Part shown: piece after piece, positions 42,933 through 57,080 of the stretch
Layout: each line of letters starts with the position of its first letter
Numbering within the stretch: the stretch's first letter is position 1
Origin: Eledone cirrhosa
Lineage: Eukaryota
Reading direction: 5' to 3'
Assembly (NCBI GenBank): GCA_964016885.1
Contig: OZ024756.1
Span: 44,392,001-44,456,000, forward strand
DNA: 64,000 nucleotides
Notes under the pieces: generated by a model
The model's input: only the letters and a program-made list of their open reading frames with translations
The model's database searches: none
What the model was told of the DNA's origin: nothing
Made by a program: the position numbers and the translations under genes

Positions 42933-43629
42933 GAAGTAAAGCTCTCAAACCAGTGTTCTAAATAGCTTGCCAAGTCATGCTGACAGGAAATGCTATAGAG
43001 TATCTGTTCTATCTCTAATGTCAAAGAGTTAAAATTAAGTGGATAAAGAGTAGTCTCCCTTTAAAAGGGGTTTGTTTTTGTTTTTTTGGTTGTTTTATAC
43101 ATGCATGTTTAAGTGTGTGGGAGAATGCATGAAGGTGTAAGTATGTGAGTGTGTGTGTGTGAATGTGAGAAGATATATCTATTCGTAAATGTGGGGGATA
43201 GGTGTTATCTGGTGTTAGAACTGGTTTTGTGTGTGTATGTGTGAGGTGAATAAGTGAGACGGAGAGGGGGAGAGGGGGGAGAGGGAGAATGGTGAGAGAG
43301 AGGGGGAAAGAGGGAGAGAAAGATGTGTTTGTGTTTTTTAGAGATTAGGCTAAAATAACACAACACTATAATTTTGTGCAATTGACATGATAAATGTATT
43401 GACAAACCTCTTGACTTGTAAGTCATTGTAGATAATAATTAAGATAGAAATACTTGTACGTCATTGTAGATACTTCTCTAAATAAGATGGAAATACTCTT
43501 GTTTTTATAGGGACTTCTACTTGTGTTGTTTGTAAAACCAAAATCACAGAGATACAGTTGTACAAAATGCAACATTCGCTGGAGTATATATAATGTGGGA
43601 CTAGTGTATCACTTTATGTTGTTACTTTG

Positions 43630-43935
43630 AAGTCGAGTAGTCTCCTGGTTAGTGTATTTGATTCCCGACCGGGAGATCGTGAGTTTGATTCCAAGCGGTG
43701 CGTTGTATTCTTGAGCAAGACATTTTATTTCACCTAACTCCAGCCCATTTGGCTGGCAAAAATGGAGTGACCCTATAATTCAAAAGGCCCGTCTTGTCAC
43801 ACAATGCATCACGCTGAATCTCCCTGAAAAGTATACATGTCTGTAGAATGCTCAGCCACTTATTCGTTAATTTAACGAGCATGTTTTTCCGTGGTTTGAA
43901 CAACTAGAATAGTTGTTGTCGGAACCGTCGGACAC
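43630..43935 (+). mobile_element. tRNA-derived SINE family B
   Basis: TGGTTAGTG..GAGTTTGATTCC head followed by CTTGAGCAAGACATTTTATTTCAC..CTCCAGCCCA..GCTGGCAAAAATG body. Confidence 0.6.
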
Positions 43936-44423
43936 CCAACGCACATATGCTGGCTTAAAGAACCTCACAGTTCTATTTTTGCGTTTTTCTCTCTTTCGAT
44001 CTTCCGACGTCAATAAAATAAATAGCAGTCAAGTGCTATGACCTAATCGACAGTACACTGGAAGGTCGAACAACACCAGCATGGCTACACATTGATACAA
44101 TCTGATCCACGATATCAGTAAAAAAAAAAATGAATGAATCCATAAAAATAATTTTTTTAAATGTGAACTAAAAATAATGCAAGAAAGCTTTCATGTGGAA
44201 TGTCTAAAAATACAAACTGTAGCTTGCAGCATAGAACAGCCAATAAGACAATCACTCCCTTAACTCACACCGTAGCCAATCACGTTAGGACAATTATGTA
44301 ATTGAACAGTTTTGATAACCATCGCATCAAACGAGGATATTCATTATATTCTTGTGGTTCAGCAAATCTTCCCGAAATAGAGACACGTATATTATGAGAA
44401 CATTGTTACCATTATTACTATTA

Positions 44424-44625
44424 TCGGTAGAACGTTGGACACCATGCTATGTAGCACAGAGTTGTGGCCCTTTACGTGCTGAGTTCAAATCATGTCGAGG
44501 TTAGCTTTGTCTTTCATCCTTAAGATGTCGGTAAAATAAAGCACCAGTGATGCACTAGGGTCGATTTAGTTGACCCACCCACCAAAAAAAACAAACTGTT
44601 AGCCGTGTGCCTAAATCAAGCTATT
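44424..44625 (+). mobile_element. SINE family A, diverged
   Basis: GAGTTCAAATC..GCTTTGTCTTTCATCCTT..GTCGGTAAAATAAAGCACCAGT. Confidence 0.8.
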
Positions 44626-44817
44626 ATTACTATTAATGAATAAATATAACTTGTCATTATCTTCTTCCATGTTATTTTTGTCAAACTGGAGACGGAGATT
44701 ATGAAGACATTATGGACAAAAACATCTCCAGCGTAGGATTAACATTTATAACAATGGTTGCATTTTAATAGGGTACGTCAAAGCTTATTTGTAAAACTGT
44801 TATATATTGTATTTTGT

Positions 44818-44866
44818 CTGATGAAGGCATACCATAATTTAATTTGGTATCCCTGAAATATGTATA
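44818..44866 (+). ncRNA. hammerhead-core-like motif
   Basis: CTGATGA-AGG-C-ATACCA-(10 nt)-TGGTAT-C-CCT-GAAATATGTA; helix I not cleanly formed; 50 nt from (TA)n. Confidence 0.5.
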
Positions 44867-45016
44867 ATGAAATAAATATGGTTTTATAAATATAGTTTCC
44901 ATTTATTAATATCGTATATATATATATATATATATATAATTTGTATTGTATCACCACATACGCTTTCGTGTTACTGAGGAATACTATGTCTTTTGGGAGG
45001 TGGGTTGTTTTATACA

Positions 45017-45103
<87 letters not shown>

Positions 45104-45644
45104 TATATATGTCTATCTGTGTATAGCCTCGTCGCCAGTGGTGGTGGAGGTGATGGTAGAGGTGTCATTGTTTTTGTTCTTTTTTCTTTTTTGTCTGCTT
45201 TTCCTTCTTGTTACTGAATAGCTGGGATTTGTCAGTCTCTCAACATTCCAGACAGTTTCATTTAAACTGTTTCCTAATTATTGAATATTCAACGTTTAGT
45301 GTTTATTAAATTACCACCTACAATTTCTATCTGTTGAACCGAACAGATCTGATCACAATCTACAACTACCATGTCATTATAGTTATCATGATCAGCAATA
45401 GAAGAAACAGCAGTAGAATTATATACAGTAGCAATAGCATCAGTAACAACAACAGCAATGACAGTAGTAATAGCATCAGTAACAACAGCAGTAATAACAG
45501 CAGCAATGACAGTAGCAATAACAAACAACAACAACAACAACGTTATAAGATGATTTATGTGGGCGTTTTATATTTTTTCTCTGGCTTCGTTTCGACTTAT
45601 TTTCAAATTTCTTGTAATATATATATATATATATATATATGTAT

Positions 45645-45965
45645 TTAAAGGTTAAACAAGGTTCAATGAATAAATCAAAGAATGAGTTTTACAATAGATT
45701 GGAAGCACTCAACAGTATTTTGGTTTTCCGGAGTTATTAATATTAATTCAAAATATTAACAAAAATAGACATTCGTGTGATCAAGTATATTTTATTATAC
45801 ATATTTCAGAGGTACTGAGTTATCTTCAACAGTACGTCCTCATCAGATTAAATTGTATCTGATGAGGACGTACTGTTGAAGATAACTCAGTACCTCTGAA
45901 ATATGTATAATAAAATATACTTGATCACACGAATGTCTATTTTTGTTAATATTTTGAATTAATAT
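45645..45965. mobile_element. head-to-head fold-back element between (TA)n runs with a hammerhead core at the apex
   Basis: Arms 45740-45848 / 45857-45965; CTGATGA-GGAC-GTACTG..CAGTAC-CTCT-GAAATATGTA starts 2 nt from the loop. Confidence 0.85.
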
Positions 45966-48900
45966 ATATATGTATATATATAACAAAAATGACTAATTTA
46001 GCGACAACATTGGGGGGGGGGTGCAACTGCACCCTTGCGCACCACCACCAATACACCACTGACTGTAATTGTATATTTCAAGTCACACGGTACTCTACTT
46101 TATTTCTCGATGCGTCATCTAAAATATTTCAGCATATTACTATGAAATAGTCTTTACTGACGCATTTTCAATAAAGTTAGTAAAATATTTCACTTCTAAT
46201 TTAATATCTTATTTATATAACTCTCCTTTACACAATACACCCTGGGTAATTATAGCTATAAAATATCTCTGCTGTGGTGGTTTTATTTAAAACATTCAGT
46301 AGTAAATGTATTTTATTTTAGAATACAAATCTATAAGAATAAAGTTCAAATGATTAATCTATAAGCTTTCAGAATTAATGGTATATCGTACTTAATGGAC
46401 TTACATATCTATCAATGTTTTCTACAATAAAGGTTTAAAAAAACTTGTTTGTCCTTTATAAAATCTCTTACGCTATTCGATTTCTATCGTCGCCACTGAT
46501 TTATTGAAATATCTTGTTCAGCCACGGAGAGTAGGCTCTGATGGATAGATACCAGTAATTTGATAAGAGTTAACATCAGACCCTTAATAATAGAAGTCAT
46601 TGTAGTTCATCGATGTAGAACATCGATGATCTATTTTAACTGCAGCACATAACTGTAAATTATGTATCGTTTCTGTGAATCAATTATTAAGTAATAGTAA
46701 TGATAGAAACAAGATACTATTTCTATGACTAACAACAAACTATGGCCAGACATGTGTTATATGCTAGTCGACTTGAATTACTCGAAATAGTATGATAAAT
46801 AGTTTTAAGTGTTTCAGAAATGTATTATTTTTGTTCTGTATCGATCATTGTTACGAGATATCGATGAAAATGTGTTAATCTAAACTATAATAAAGGAAGG
46901 TCTGCGGGATTGCGTACGGTTTTTTTTTTTATCCCGTTTGTAAAATAAGTTGTATTACGTTGAATAAATAATTAATGAATAGTACATAATATATCTACTA
47001 CTAAATTTCGTGGCTGTTGATTAAATATATTTTGTTTATTTAAAGATTCACTTCTTTAAAATTTCTGAAATGTCAACACTTCCGGTTGGCCCTCGCTTAA
47101 ATAAACATACTAATTTTCTGTCACTAATTTTCTCCTAATGCAGTTTATATATAATATCGTCTTTTTTAATGTATCATGGATTACGTTACTGATTAAATAA
47201 GGCAGTGTAACGCAGTCTTCGTTCAATTTCTATGTATTATATATTGTCAATTACGATTTTATTTGATGTATCATATCTACATGTGTATATACCTGGGTAT
47301 AATATCAATATACACACTACACATACTAGCAGAAAACCACCAGAGGGGTGGTTTTTCTGCCAGTGTATTTAATATACAAACAGTTGCTTAACAATTAGAT
47401 ATTGATACAGTAGAAAGTTGGGTTTATGATACTTTAGAGATAATATTTTGATGATATTGATAATATATTTAATATAGAAGTAACTATTTAACAACTGAGT
47501 ACATTGAATACAAGTGTTTGGTTTTTACCATTATATTGCTTTATTGTTTGTAACTCATAAAGTATGTAATATAATGCTTATTTAACTGATGGGTTTACGA
47601 AGTGCTATCTTTACAACTATCTTATAATTGAATCATAGAATTGTATAATAACAGGTATGTATTTAATCTCTAACTACTGCAGGTTTCACATCTGCCAATA
47701 ATGTTTATATGGCACCTGAACAAGACAGAATTAGACTTACAAAGTGACAGTTAACATTCACAAACACTGATGGCACTTATATAGTGTCATATTAAAATTA
47801 TATTTTTCCTTCTGTGTTTCGGTCAATGAGAGGAGTCCTTCCGTGATCTGGAAGCTAGATATGGTAAATATTAAGTTCAGGCATTGAGAGTCAGCGTCTG
47901 CAGTGAAACGAAGCAGCGCGAGATATAAAAAGAATTGACATTTCTCGATATAAAAAATATTGGTCGTAGTAGTTAGTGTGAGACTTGAATGGCAAAACAC
48001 AGTACTGGTGACCAGAGAGAAAGTATATGCGTACGTGCGATGTGTGTGTGTTTGCATGACAGATAATAATTCAAGGGATATTACACGCGTTTCACTAGTC
48101 AAACTAGGAATGAAACACAGTTCATTATTGAAGGACTAGATCATCAAAGTCATATATATATATATATATATATGCCCTTGCCAGTTTGGAAATATATAAA
48201 TTACAACATCAAAGTGGAAATATATAAAATATTTTAAAATGGTCAGTACAAAAGGTTTGGCTCGATCTGTAAGCTAGATTGAAATTATAGAAAATAATAA
48301 TTTTAATGATTACACTTTGTTTAGCTATTTATGCTATAGAATGAGGATGAAATTATTTTTAAAATATGTTAAATAGTAATTTCAAAATAAAGGTCTACCA
48401 GTCTGAGAAAAAAAATATCTTGAAGCTGGTATTTAAAATATTTGGGAAGCTATATATTTTCAGGGACCTACAACCATAAATAAGATCTTCCAATACATGG
48501 AGGCGACAAAATTATTGAACAGAAATATGTAGCTGCATTATACCTGATCTTGTTTGTCATTTAGTTATTAGCTTTGTTTTTCTTCCTCCGTTTTCTATCT
48601 CTTTGTTATTTATTTTTCTCTTTTCTCTCGTTTTTGTTTCTTAATTTTAAGTGGTATTAGATATTTCACCTAATCTTTCATTGATATCTAGCTCTATACG
48701 GACGTTTAAATGACTAAAATAAATACATACATAGATAAATACGTAGAGAGAACAAAAGACAAAACAAAAAGAGGGGAAGAATCCAATTAGGGAATATATA
48801 AAATTGGATAGTAAAATTATAAAATGTTTTGAAAGCTTATGTTTAAATTTCATGTTTTGCGCTGTAGAAATTAAATCTTTCCTGCTTTGATAATCAAAAT

Positions 48901-49130
48901 TTAATAATTGAAACTAAGTATTGCATGTATTTGTGTGTGGGTTTATGTGTGTACGTGGGAAAAAGTGGCTGCGTGAGTGTGTGAGTAAGTGTGCGCACGT
49001 CTATGTTTCTTTGTGTGCAAGTGATCGTGTGTGTGTTCATTAAACGCAAGTATATTTACAGCTTATAAGATTATGTATATGCATTACATACACATACATA
49101 CATACATACATATATTTATATATATATATA

Positions 49131-49480
49131 CGAAGGTCTGTTTATATCGCCTCTGTCTTATTCAGAAAAGAACGTTTATATGTAAAATTATATACCTATG
49201 TTCACACATCCAAATGTAATAAAAATGAAAGTGTTTGCATTTTTATTACATTTGGATGTGTGAACATAGGTATATAATTTTACATATAAACGTTCTTTTC
49301 TGAATAAGACAGAGACGATATGAACAGACCTTCGTTTCTACCCATGCTCACTCTCCCCTATCTTCTAAAGAATGATTAGCGTCCGAAACGTTAAGATTTG
49401 TCCTACTATTAAGTGTTAATCTAATATGTATCTCCATTGTACTTCATCGCCTTTTGTATTTATTTCCGTTTACTTTTCAC
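49131..49480. mobile_element. fold-back (arms of about 97 bp) followed by a degenerate hammerhead; same family as 29150-29345
   Basis: 49131-49227 is the reverse complement of 49238-49334; TCTT-CTAAAGAA..GTCC-GAAACGTT-AAGA at 49361-49396. Confidence 0.85.
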
Positions 49481-49922
49481 ATTTACACACACACAAATAT
49501 ATATATGTTTTATCAAAAAAACCAACAACTTCAAATACAAACCCTAAATCAAACAGCACAAAGTACATACATTATTATTTCTACCGCTCCCCTGTATCTT
49601 ATAAATATTTACTCATCTACATTGTATTAATACACTAATGTTGTTTAAAACGGTAACTATTTAAATCTGATCCGCCTCTTACGTTTTACCTTTAAGTTTA
49701 TAACATTTATAAATACCACTGATCTACAATTTAATTGGAATACTCTCTATATTGATGTAGAGGAACTTGCCCTTGTTATTGAACAGAAAAGCTCTAATAT
49801 GACATTTATCTCTTGTTTTGTTTTTAACCTATAATGTTAAGGTTATTATAATCTTTATATACATATATATATGAAGGAATATATGAATGTATATTTACAT
49901 TATCTATATATAGAGAGAGATT

Positions 49923-49964
<42 letters not shown>

Positions 49965-49966
<2 letters not shown>

Positions 49967-50140
49967 ATATTGGGAGCCCCTACATGGACACACTAGAAGA
50001 GGAAGACCAAGGTTAACGTATGTTGATGCCCTAAGGACAGCACTGGTCTGTTGGAGATGCAGGACATGGCAGCGATAATGAGGGACAGAGACCGCTGGAG
50101 AGAACTCGTCCATGGATCTCGGGAATTTTACCCGCCTTAG
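49965..50140 (+). pseudogene. 3' end of an RTE-clade LINE within (TA)n
   Basis: WEPLHGHTRRGRPRLTYVDAL ... MRDRDRWRELV. Confidence 0.75.
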
Positions 50141-50175
<35 letters not shown>

Positions 50176-50494
50176 CATACATGATGAAACGCCACGTTAA
50201 CTTGAGCAGGATTTGAACTCGAGATTAGTAATGAACTCGAGATTAGTAAAATTTCCTATGGTGGATTTTTTTTTTACTTTCGGCTAACAGTTGAGACCTC
50301 GTATGTCATGGACCATTAACTGCTGATCAGATGTAATAAATATTCTAGTTTAATAGCACGGGAGTAAATATATTGATCTAGGAGAGATAACTTATGTTAG
50401 CTGACACTATTTACATTCGTCAGGTGATTAACAGTAATACTCTATGCAAATATGTTTACTGATCGATTCAACAATTAGTATGGTATAATGATAT

Positions 50495-50888
50495 TGCCAG
50501 TATCGGTAGAACGTCGGACAACAGACTTTGTGGTATATAGTTACGTCGCTTTACATCGTGAGTTCAAATCCCGCCGATCCTAGCTTTGCCTTTCATTCTT
50601 ACGGAGGTCGATAAAATATAGTATTAGTAACGCACTGGGTTCGATTCCAATGGACCTTCTCCTTCCGTTCAAATTTCTAGCCTTGTGACAAATGTCGAAA
50701 CAATAATTGTTTCTACTTTAGGCACAAGGCCAGCAATTACCCAATGCATTACTGGTACTTTATTTTATCGACCCCGTAAGGATGAAAGGCAAAGTCAACC
50801 TCGGCGGGATTTGAACTCAGATCGTAAAGAGACGTAACTATGCTGGAAAGCATGGCGTCCGACCCTCTACCGATACTGCCAATCCACA
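50495..50888. mobile_element. tail-to-tail pair of SINE family A (+ 50495-50705, - 50707-50888)
   Basis: Both copies recognisable; they join at GAAACAATAATTGTTTC. Confidence 0.88.
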
Positions 50889-51508
50889 ACAATAATATTA
50901 ATTAAATAGAATTTCAGTCTTTATTATTACTACTCCGTGTAGTAATCCTCGAATAGTAATAAATTTATGAAAATATACACAAAGAAAAGTAAAAACTTTG
51001 TTGATTTTTCTTTAACAAATTTAAAATGTCCGATGGCGTTATAGTTGTTTATCAAAAGTTTCGTTTAACACTTTGATGTCGGTCGTTACAAAAGTCTTCA
51101 TAATATTTGGAAGATGAAACAAAGAAATACAAATACCAGAAAAACAGAAAATGAAAAATAGGAAAAGAGAAAATAAAATTTAAAAAAAATGGAAAATTTC
51201 TAAAAGAATTATTGTTCGGATTCATGAAAAGTTAATAGTAAGTAAACAGAATACAAAAAAAAATGTTTAAATGCCCAATAAACTTTTGTAATAGACGCAA
51301 ATCATGTTATACAAGAAAGGATTTAAAGTTTGAACAGTTTTCTTTGTTTATCTTCTTTTCCTCCGTCTTTAAATTTTTGTTTAATCTTCCAACAGTTATA
51401 AATACAGTTGTAACAATACACATCAAAGAGCTTGAATCTAAGATTTCTATAACCAAATACAACAGCAATGGAATGTTAAATGGTGTGAAGAAAAAAATCA
51501 ACGGACTT

Positions 51509-51602
<94 letters not shown>

Positions 51603-52509
51603 TAACGTATTGTGTCCACTCTGATATACAGATTTGTATTTACAAGGTACGATTTCTGTAAAATCATGGAGTGAGTTCCAAACAGCGATCTTGGGGAAAT
51701 TTCTACTTGTTTGGTGTTTGTTGCCCAAGAAACGACGTATGTCAATACCCCGCCCTTACCACTCCTTCGGGAGTTACGGGATCAACATTTTATGTAGTTG
51801 TAATTTCTTTTAGTATTTCAAAAGAGAGGCGTAGTAAACGGTGGAATTAAGGACTATTTCTGTTGTAATTTATTGGTCTACATAAAGAAAGCTGTTGCAC
51901 TGAGATGGTAATTACTGTGGATTTGTTGGGTTATTACATGGTAGCAGGGCAAGAATGGAAAGAGATGGAGATTTCTTTCTGATTTCTCTTTGTTCTTTTT
52001 TGTTGAATGTAATGTAATTATTTTGGTAGTTTGTTAAAACTGATTGTTTTAATTAGTTTGGTTTCTCTGTTATGTATATTGTTTATATTATTGTTACATA
52101 AATGGACTCTAATTAGAAGATGGTTCATATGTTATAATTGTTAATTGATTTGTGTGCTATAGATTTGGTAAAAATCGTATTCTTAAATTACAATTTCATT
52201 GAGTTGATTTTTTATTTTTTTTTTTTTATATGAGGGGCGGGTTCCTTGTTTGGTATTCTAATAATCCTACTTATTAGTACTGCGTTGTTAGTACTGCCAT
52301 ATTAGTACTGCCTTATTAGTTATTAGTTGATTGAGGGTGGATCTAATGATGGAAAATATTCAGCGATGATCCTGCCTTCGCCTATCATCAGTTTTAATAT
52401 AATTATTGCCATATTTTTATCGAGGTATTTATATATATCTAGTTTTCTATTGTTTCTTTCCAAGTAATGTAAAACTATGGCACCGTCGTGCATGTATGAG
52501 GAGAAGGGT

Positions 52510-52685
52510 CGGTTGAAAAGTTCATAAACTGACCAAGATACTCTCATGGAATAACTAAATGAGATTTATTTTTCAACATTGTCCCTGGAAAGAAACACAG
52601 CAGTTATTAATAAGATGATTTGAAATGAATGCATACAAAATTTCACAGCTCTAGCATCAATCCTTCATAGACAGCTGACCCTCGT
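52510..52685 (-). repeat. family X copy
   Basis: CTGACCAAGATACTCTCATGGAAT ... TTTCACAGCTCTAGCATCA. Confidence 0.8.
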
Positions 52686-52774
52686 ATAGAGTAAAACATG
52701 ATAAGAATGTAAGTCGATGTCTCGTAATTACAGCAATTCTAATGCAATTGGTAAACACAATTTTGTGAATGTAG

Positions 52775-53092
52775 TACTCAATATTCTTGCTAGCCTAACA
52801 CTAGAACAGCGTTTCTGAACCTTCTTCCTCTTGTGGATTTACAAGTGCAATATCCACATCTTCGTTGATTTGTTGAGAATAACCAGTGATTGAAACCATC
52901 ATATAGAACGACGGGTTGTATTGAAGGTGGATGCTTTCCTTGAGAGAATGCTGAATCGTAACTCTTCAGAATCGCTATTGCTAAACGTTGTTGAAACTGT
53001 AGAAGAGAGTTTGAATTGTTCTTTGACTTCTCCAAAGTAGCCAGACATTCACTACAGTCACATCAAAGAAGTAAATGAAGACTTCAAATAGT
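52775..53092 (-). pseudogene. piggyBac-like transposase C-terminal relic
   Basis: VFIYFFDVTVVNVWLLW (frameshift) LLQFQQRLAIAIL...YDGFNHW....QRRCGYC..KST: PGBD-type C-terminus with Cys-rich domain. Confidence 0.75.
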
Positions 53093-53164
53093 TATGTCTC
53101 AGGGAATCCCTGCATAAAACGTGTTGTATACCATTATTACTCAAACATACATTGGTTTATTTAT

Positions 53165-53240
53165 CACTGTTTCTCGCGGAACACCTAGTAACCCTTTGCA
53201 GAACCCAAGGGTTCCGGGGAACACCGATTGAGAAACGATG
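53165..53240. mobile_element. small hAT-type MITE remnant
   Basis: CACTGTTTCTC ... GGGTTCCGGGGAACACCGATTGAGAAACGATG, followed by CACTAGAG. Confidence 0.45.
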
Positions 53241-54052
53241 CACTAGAGAGACAAATACTCATTATTTTAATATTTCAGTAATTAAAAATTAATTAGTGGG
53301 GCTTAATTTAGTGGAGGATATGGTGGGTGCAAGCGGTGGTGGTGGTGGTGCTGCTGGTGGCGGTGTTCGTCAGGAAGGTGGATGAGGATAAGTATAAAGA
53401 GAAGAAAAAGCAGGAGGAGGAGAAGGATCAGGAAATATAAAATCAATAAACTTTAAAAAAATACATCCACACGACTAATGACGTTAAACTGAGTTTTTAA
53501 GGACCTAATGATATCTTTCAGGCTTGTTCTGTAGAAAGACGGAAATGACGTCATCCTGATTGATTAAAGTAAGTAGACTTAAATCACATACACTTCCAAC
53601 ATATATATATATATAGAGAGAGAGAGCGATGTCGGTAGGTTTGTAGACGGAGGTAGTGTTCTTGTTTCTATCGTTGTAGGTAATAGTGTGTTTTTTATAT
53701 GGAATATATATTGGTGATATTGTTCTTGTTCTCGTTTGTTGTTACAACTGCACTGTTATCTATTTGCTGCTGTTGTTGTTGTGCTGGTGGTTGTTATGGT
53801 TACTTCAAGTATTGTTGTTGTGGTAGTGATGGCTGTTATTTCAACTGCTGTTGTTATTGTTGTTGTAGTGGTGGTGGGGTTGTAGGTGGTTATTTCAAAT
53901 ATTGTTGTTGTTGCTGTTGTGGCGGTGATGCTGGTGGTAGTGGCGAGTTTGTTATTGTAATTGTTGTTTTTGTTGTTATCAATAAATCCAATTTAAAAGC
54001 ATTAGAGACACAGGAAATGAAGGGATGCTGCATTATTAAAATTTACAAAAAG

Positions 54053-54167
54053 AACGATTAGAGAAATATCAACAAAATAATAAATATATATATATATATA
54101 TATATTATTTCGTTGATATTTCTCTAATCGTTATATATATATATATATATTTCTCTAATATATATAT

Positions 54168-54198
<31 letters not shown>

Positions 54199-54337
54199 TT
54201 TCTCTAATATATATATACATATATACATATATATATATATATTTCTCTAATATATATATACATATATACATATATATATATATATTTCTCTAATATATAT
54301 ATATACATATATATATATATATTTCTTTAATATATAT

Positions 54338-54390
<53 letters not shown>
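54053..54390. repeat. (TA)n-centred palindrome followed by a tandem TTTCTCTAAT/(TA)n array
   Basis: AACGATTAGAGAAATATCAAC.AAATAATA / TATTATTTCGTTGATATTTCTCTAATCGTT, then about 5 more ATTTCTCTAATATA units. Confidence 0.88.
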
Positions 54391-54391
<1 letters not shown>

Positions 54392-54635
54392 TCTAATGAT
54401 CTTTCAATTGACCGTATGATTAAACGTCGTCTTGTATGATACAGATTTACAGAAAGGAATGCATAAGAGGTGCGCTATAATTTCCTCCACATCCCCTCTA
54501 AACTCCAAAACAGCATTCTGCTTTGCAACGCTCCTTCTTACCACCCACGCACACATGTGTACAGAGACATATATGGCATCAAAAGTAAGGGTCAAACCCC
54601 CAATAAACAAACCTTTATTTAAGAAATATGATAAA

Positions 54636-54773
54636 GCCAGCAATTATTCCAGTGTATTACTGGTACTTTATTTTATCGACCCCGTAAGGATGAAAGGCAA
54701 AGTTAACCTCGGCGGGATTTGAACTCAGTCCGTAAAGGGACGTAACTGTGCTGCAAAACATGGCGTCCGACCC
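54636..54773 (-). mobile_element. SINE family A
   Basis: ACTGGTACTTTATTTTATCGACCCCGTAAGGATGAAAGGCAAAGTTAACCTCGGCGGGATTTGAACTC. Confidence 0.9.
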
Positions 54774-54840
54774 TATGATAATGAGCTCTGTATAAAAATC
54801 CATGTTTACGCTTACCTTAATCTCTAATTTAAGGTTTGTA

Positions 54841-54876
<36 letters not shown>

Positions 54877-54955
54877 TAAACTTTTCGCTCCGACATAGCT
54901 GTATACATATATGTATGTGGATTTCGTATGCGAATCCAATTCTCTAACCACTCAT

Positions 54956-54995
<40 letters not shown>

Positions 54996-55578
54996 AGAAA
55001 GAGAGTGTGCGATATATAGTGATTCAGGCATCATTACATGTATATGCCACTGTATTCTGTCAAGCAACCTATACAACTGCTTATATAACTTCTCTCTCTT
55101 TCACTCACACACACACACATACATACAGATATATATATATAGAGAGAGAGACACAACCACACACAGATATAATGTCATTAAGTACAACATAAAATGGTTG
55201 ATGTCACTATCGGTGTTAATTAACTTAGTATTTCATTGTAATATTCGCTTCATTTGCGAACAAAAACATTTTTCTTCATATTTTCTATGTGTTTTTCTTC
55301 AGGAAGCTAGTTTTTTAAGAGGAGGGTTCCAGTTTTCATATTTTTTTACGTCTTTATTGTTTTCTCATTTTTTTCTGTTTGTTTTTCCAATGTTTTTGTT
55401 TCGTTTTTATTTTTTTTATTCTTCTTTCATATTATACTTGTTTGTGATGTCTTTTGTTTCATTAATGTACCAAATCACAATAGCTTCACCCAGCGACGGA
55501 AACTGTTTCATTCATCGCTTCTGCCTTATTTAATACTTATTATTTCGCTGCTGCTTATTTACATCTCTCTCTCTCCAC

Positions 55579-55648
<70 letters not shown>

Positions 55649-55861
55649 TAGATTGAGAGGGACGAGGCTGCGTGGTTACTAATTACGAGTGTTACAAAGT
55701 TAAGGGAACAAAAACAAGAGATAGACATTTTCACTTCATCAGTTGTCTACTACGTTTCACGGATGTTTCAGCGCATTATAGACAATACATCTATACGTAG
55801 CGCGCCCATAACGTATTATCAATAGGTTATGAGGTCGTGTGTGTGTGTTCATTTTATTAAG

Positions 55862-55976
55862 TCTGAATAATGTGTCTTGTTACTCTTGTGTTTCGCCTGT
55901 TTATCACAGGTCATCAAACCGATTACTCTGTAATAAACAGGCGAAACACCAGAGTAACAAGACTCGCTATTCAGCC
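55862..55976. mobile_element. short fold-back with a hammerhead core at the apex
   Basis: Arms about 55862-55906 / 55930-55976; minus strand TTGATGA-CCTGT-GATAA-ACAGGC-GAAAC. Confidence 0.65.
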
Positions 55977-56742
55977 CAACCTTAATAATATATATATATA
56001 TATATATATACTGAGCGAGACAGACAGGCAGACTGGTAGAATTTTAACTCGGAGAGAGAACTGGAACGAAGGTAAAAAATCATTCTATCCGATGTTCTAA
56101 TGATTCTGCCATTTCGTAGGTTATATATATACATAAATAGTCAGTTTTTGACTGAACTACTAACTGTTATAACTATAGAGGTTGTTGATATTTCACTATA
56201 TATTATCTTGCTAACTTATAACCATTAATATTTGAAACAAATTGTGTTGCTGTACGTCAACGTATTTCTCTCGAAAGTTCTGTTTTATGGGTGGGGGTGT
56301 AATTGATATTGATTTTCATATAAACAGCAGTTGTCCTAGCATATGAAATTTCAAATAAAGTGATTCGCTTACTTAGTATCGAAATAATTTACTATAAATA
56401 GAAAAACGTGTTTAAAAAAAGAACATTTTCTCTTTCAGTTTTGTTTCATAATTATTTTGATTAGTAAAGACTGGTGCAATAAACAACAAAGAAAAACTAA
56501 ATACATTGAATTTCCTAATGTCAGTTGTTTCTGGGGCTGCAGAGCTGGCATCCAACTAATCAATGGAGCAAAAAATGTACTAGGAAAACAGTGGCACTTA
56601 ATATTTTAGTAGTTGGAATGGTAGATTGTATAACGAATGAAATAGTGATTGGGCTGTACTATAGGTGAGAACTCACACAAATAAACATATATACACTTAG
56701 ATACGCACAAAAAAATATTTTTATATACCAATATTTTCATTT

Positions 56743-56802
<60 letters not shown>

Positions 56803-56985
56803 CCGTTTAAGTTATTTTAATTACCTAAGGGTAGAACTAGTGGTTCTGGTAGGTAAACTATGATGTAACAAATCAATCAAACCACTCAACGTTATGCAAG
56901 TCATCCATTGTAGATGAGGTATCAAGTGGTTGGTGCAGGAACGGAGTAAAGTATTTATAAAACGACAACACAACACTGGACTGCT

Positions 56986-57080
<95 letters not shown>

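Noticed and set aside
47670-48102. Possible exon or ORF
   Set aside because: No recognisable protein motif, and the candidate splice sites lead to early stops.
53699-54061. Cys/Gly-rich 120-aa ORF resembling a metallothionein or keratin-associated protein
   Set aside because: It derives from degenerate (TGT/GGT/GTT)n low-complexity repeats like others in the window.
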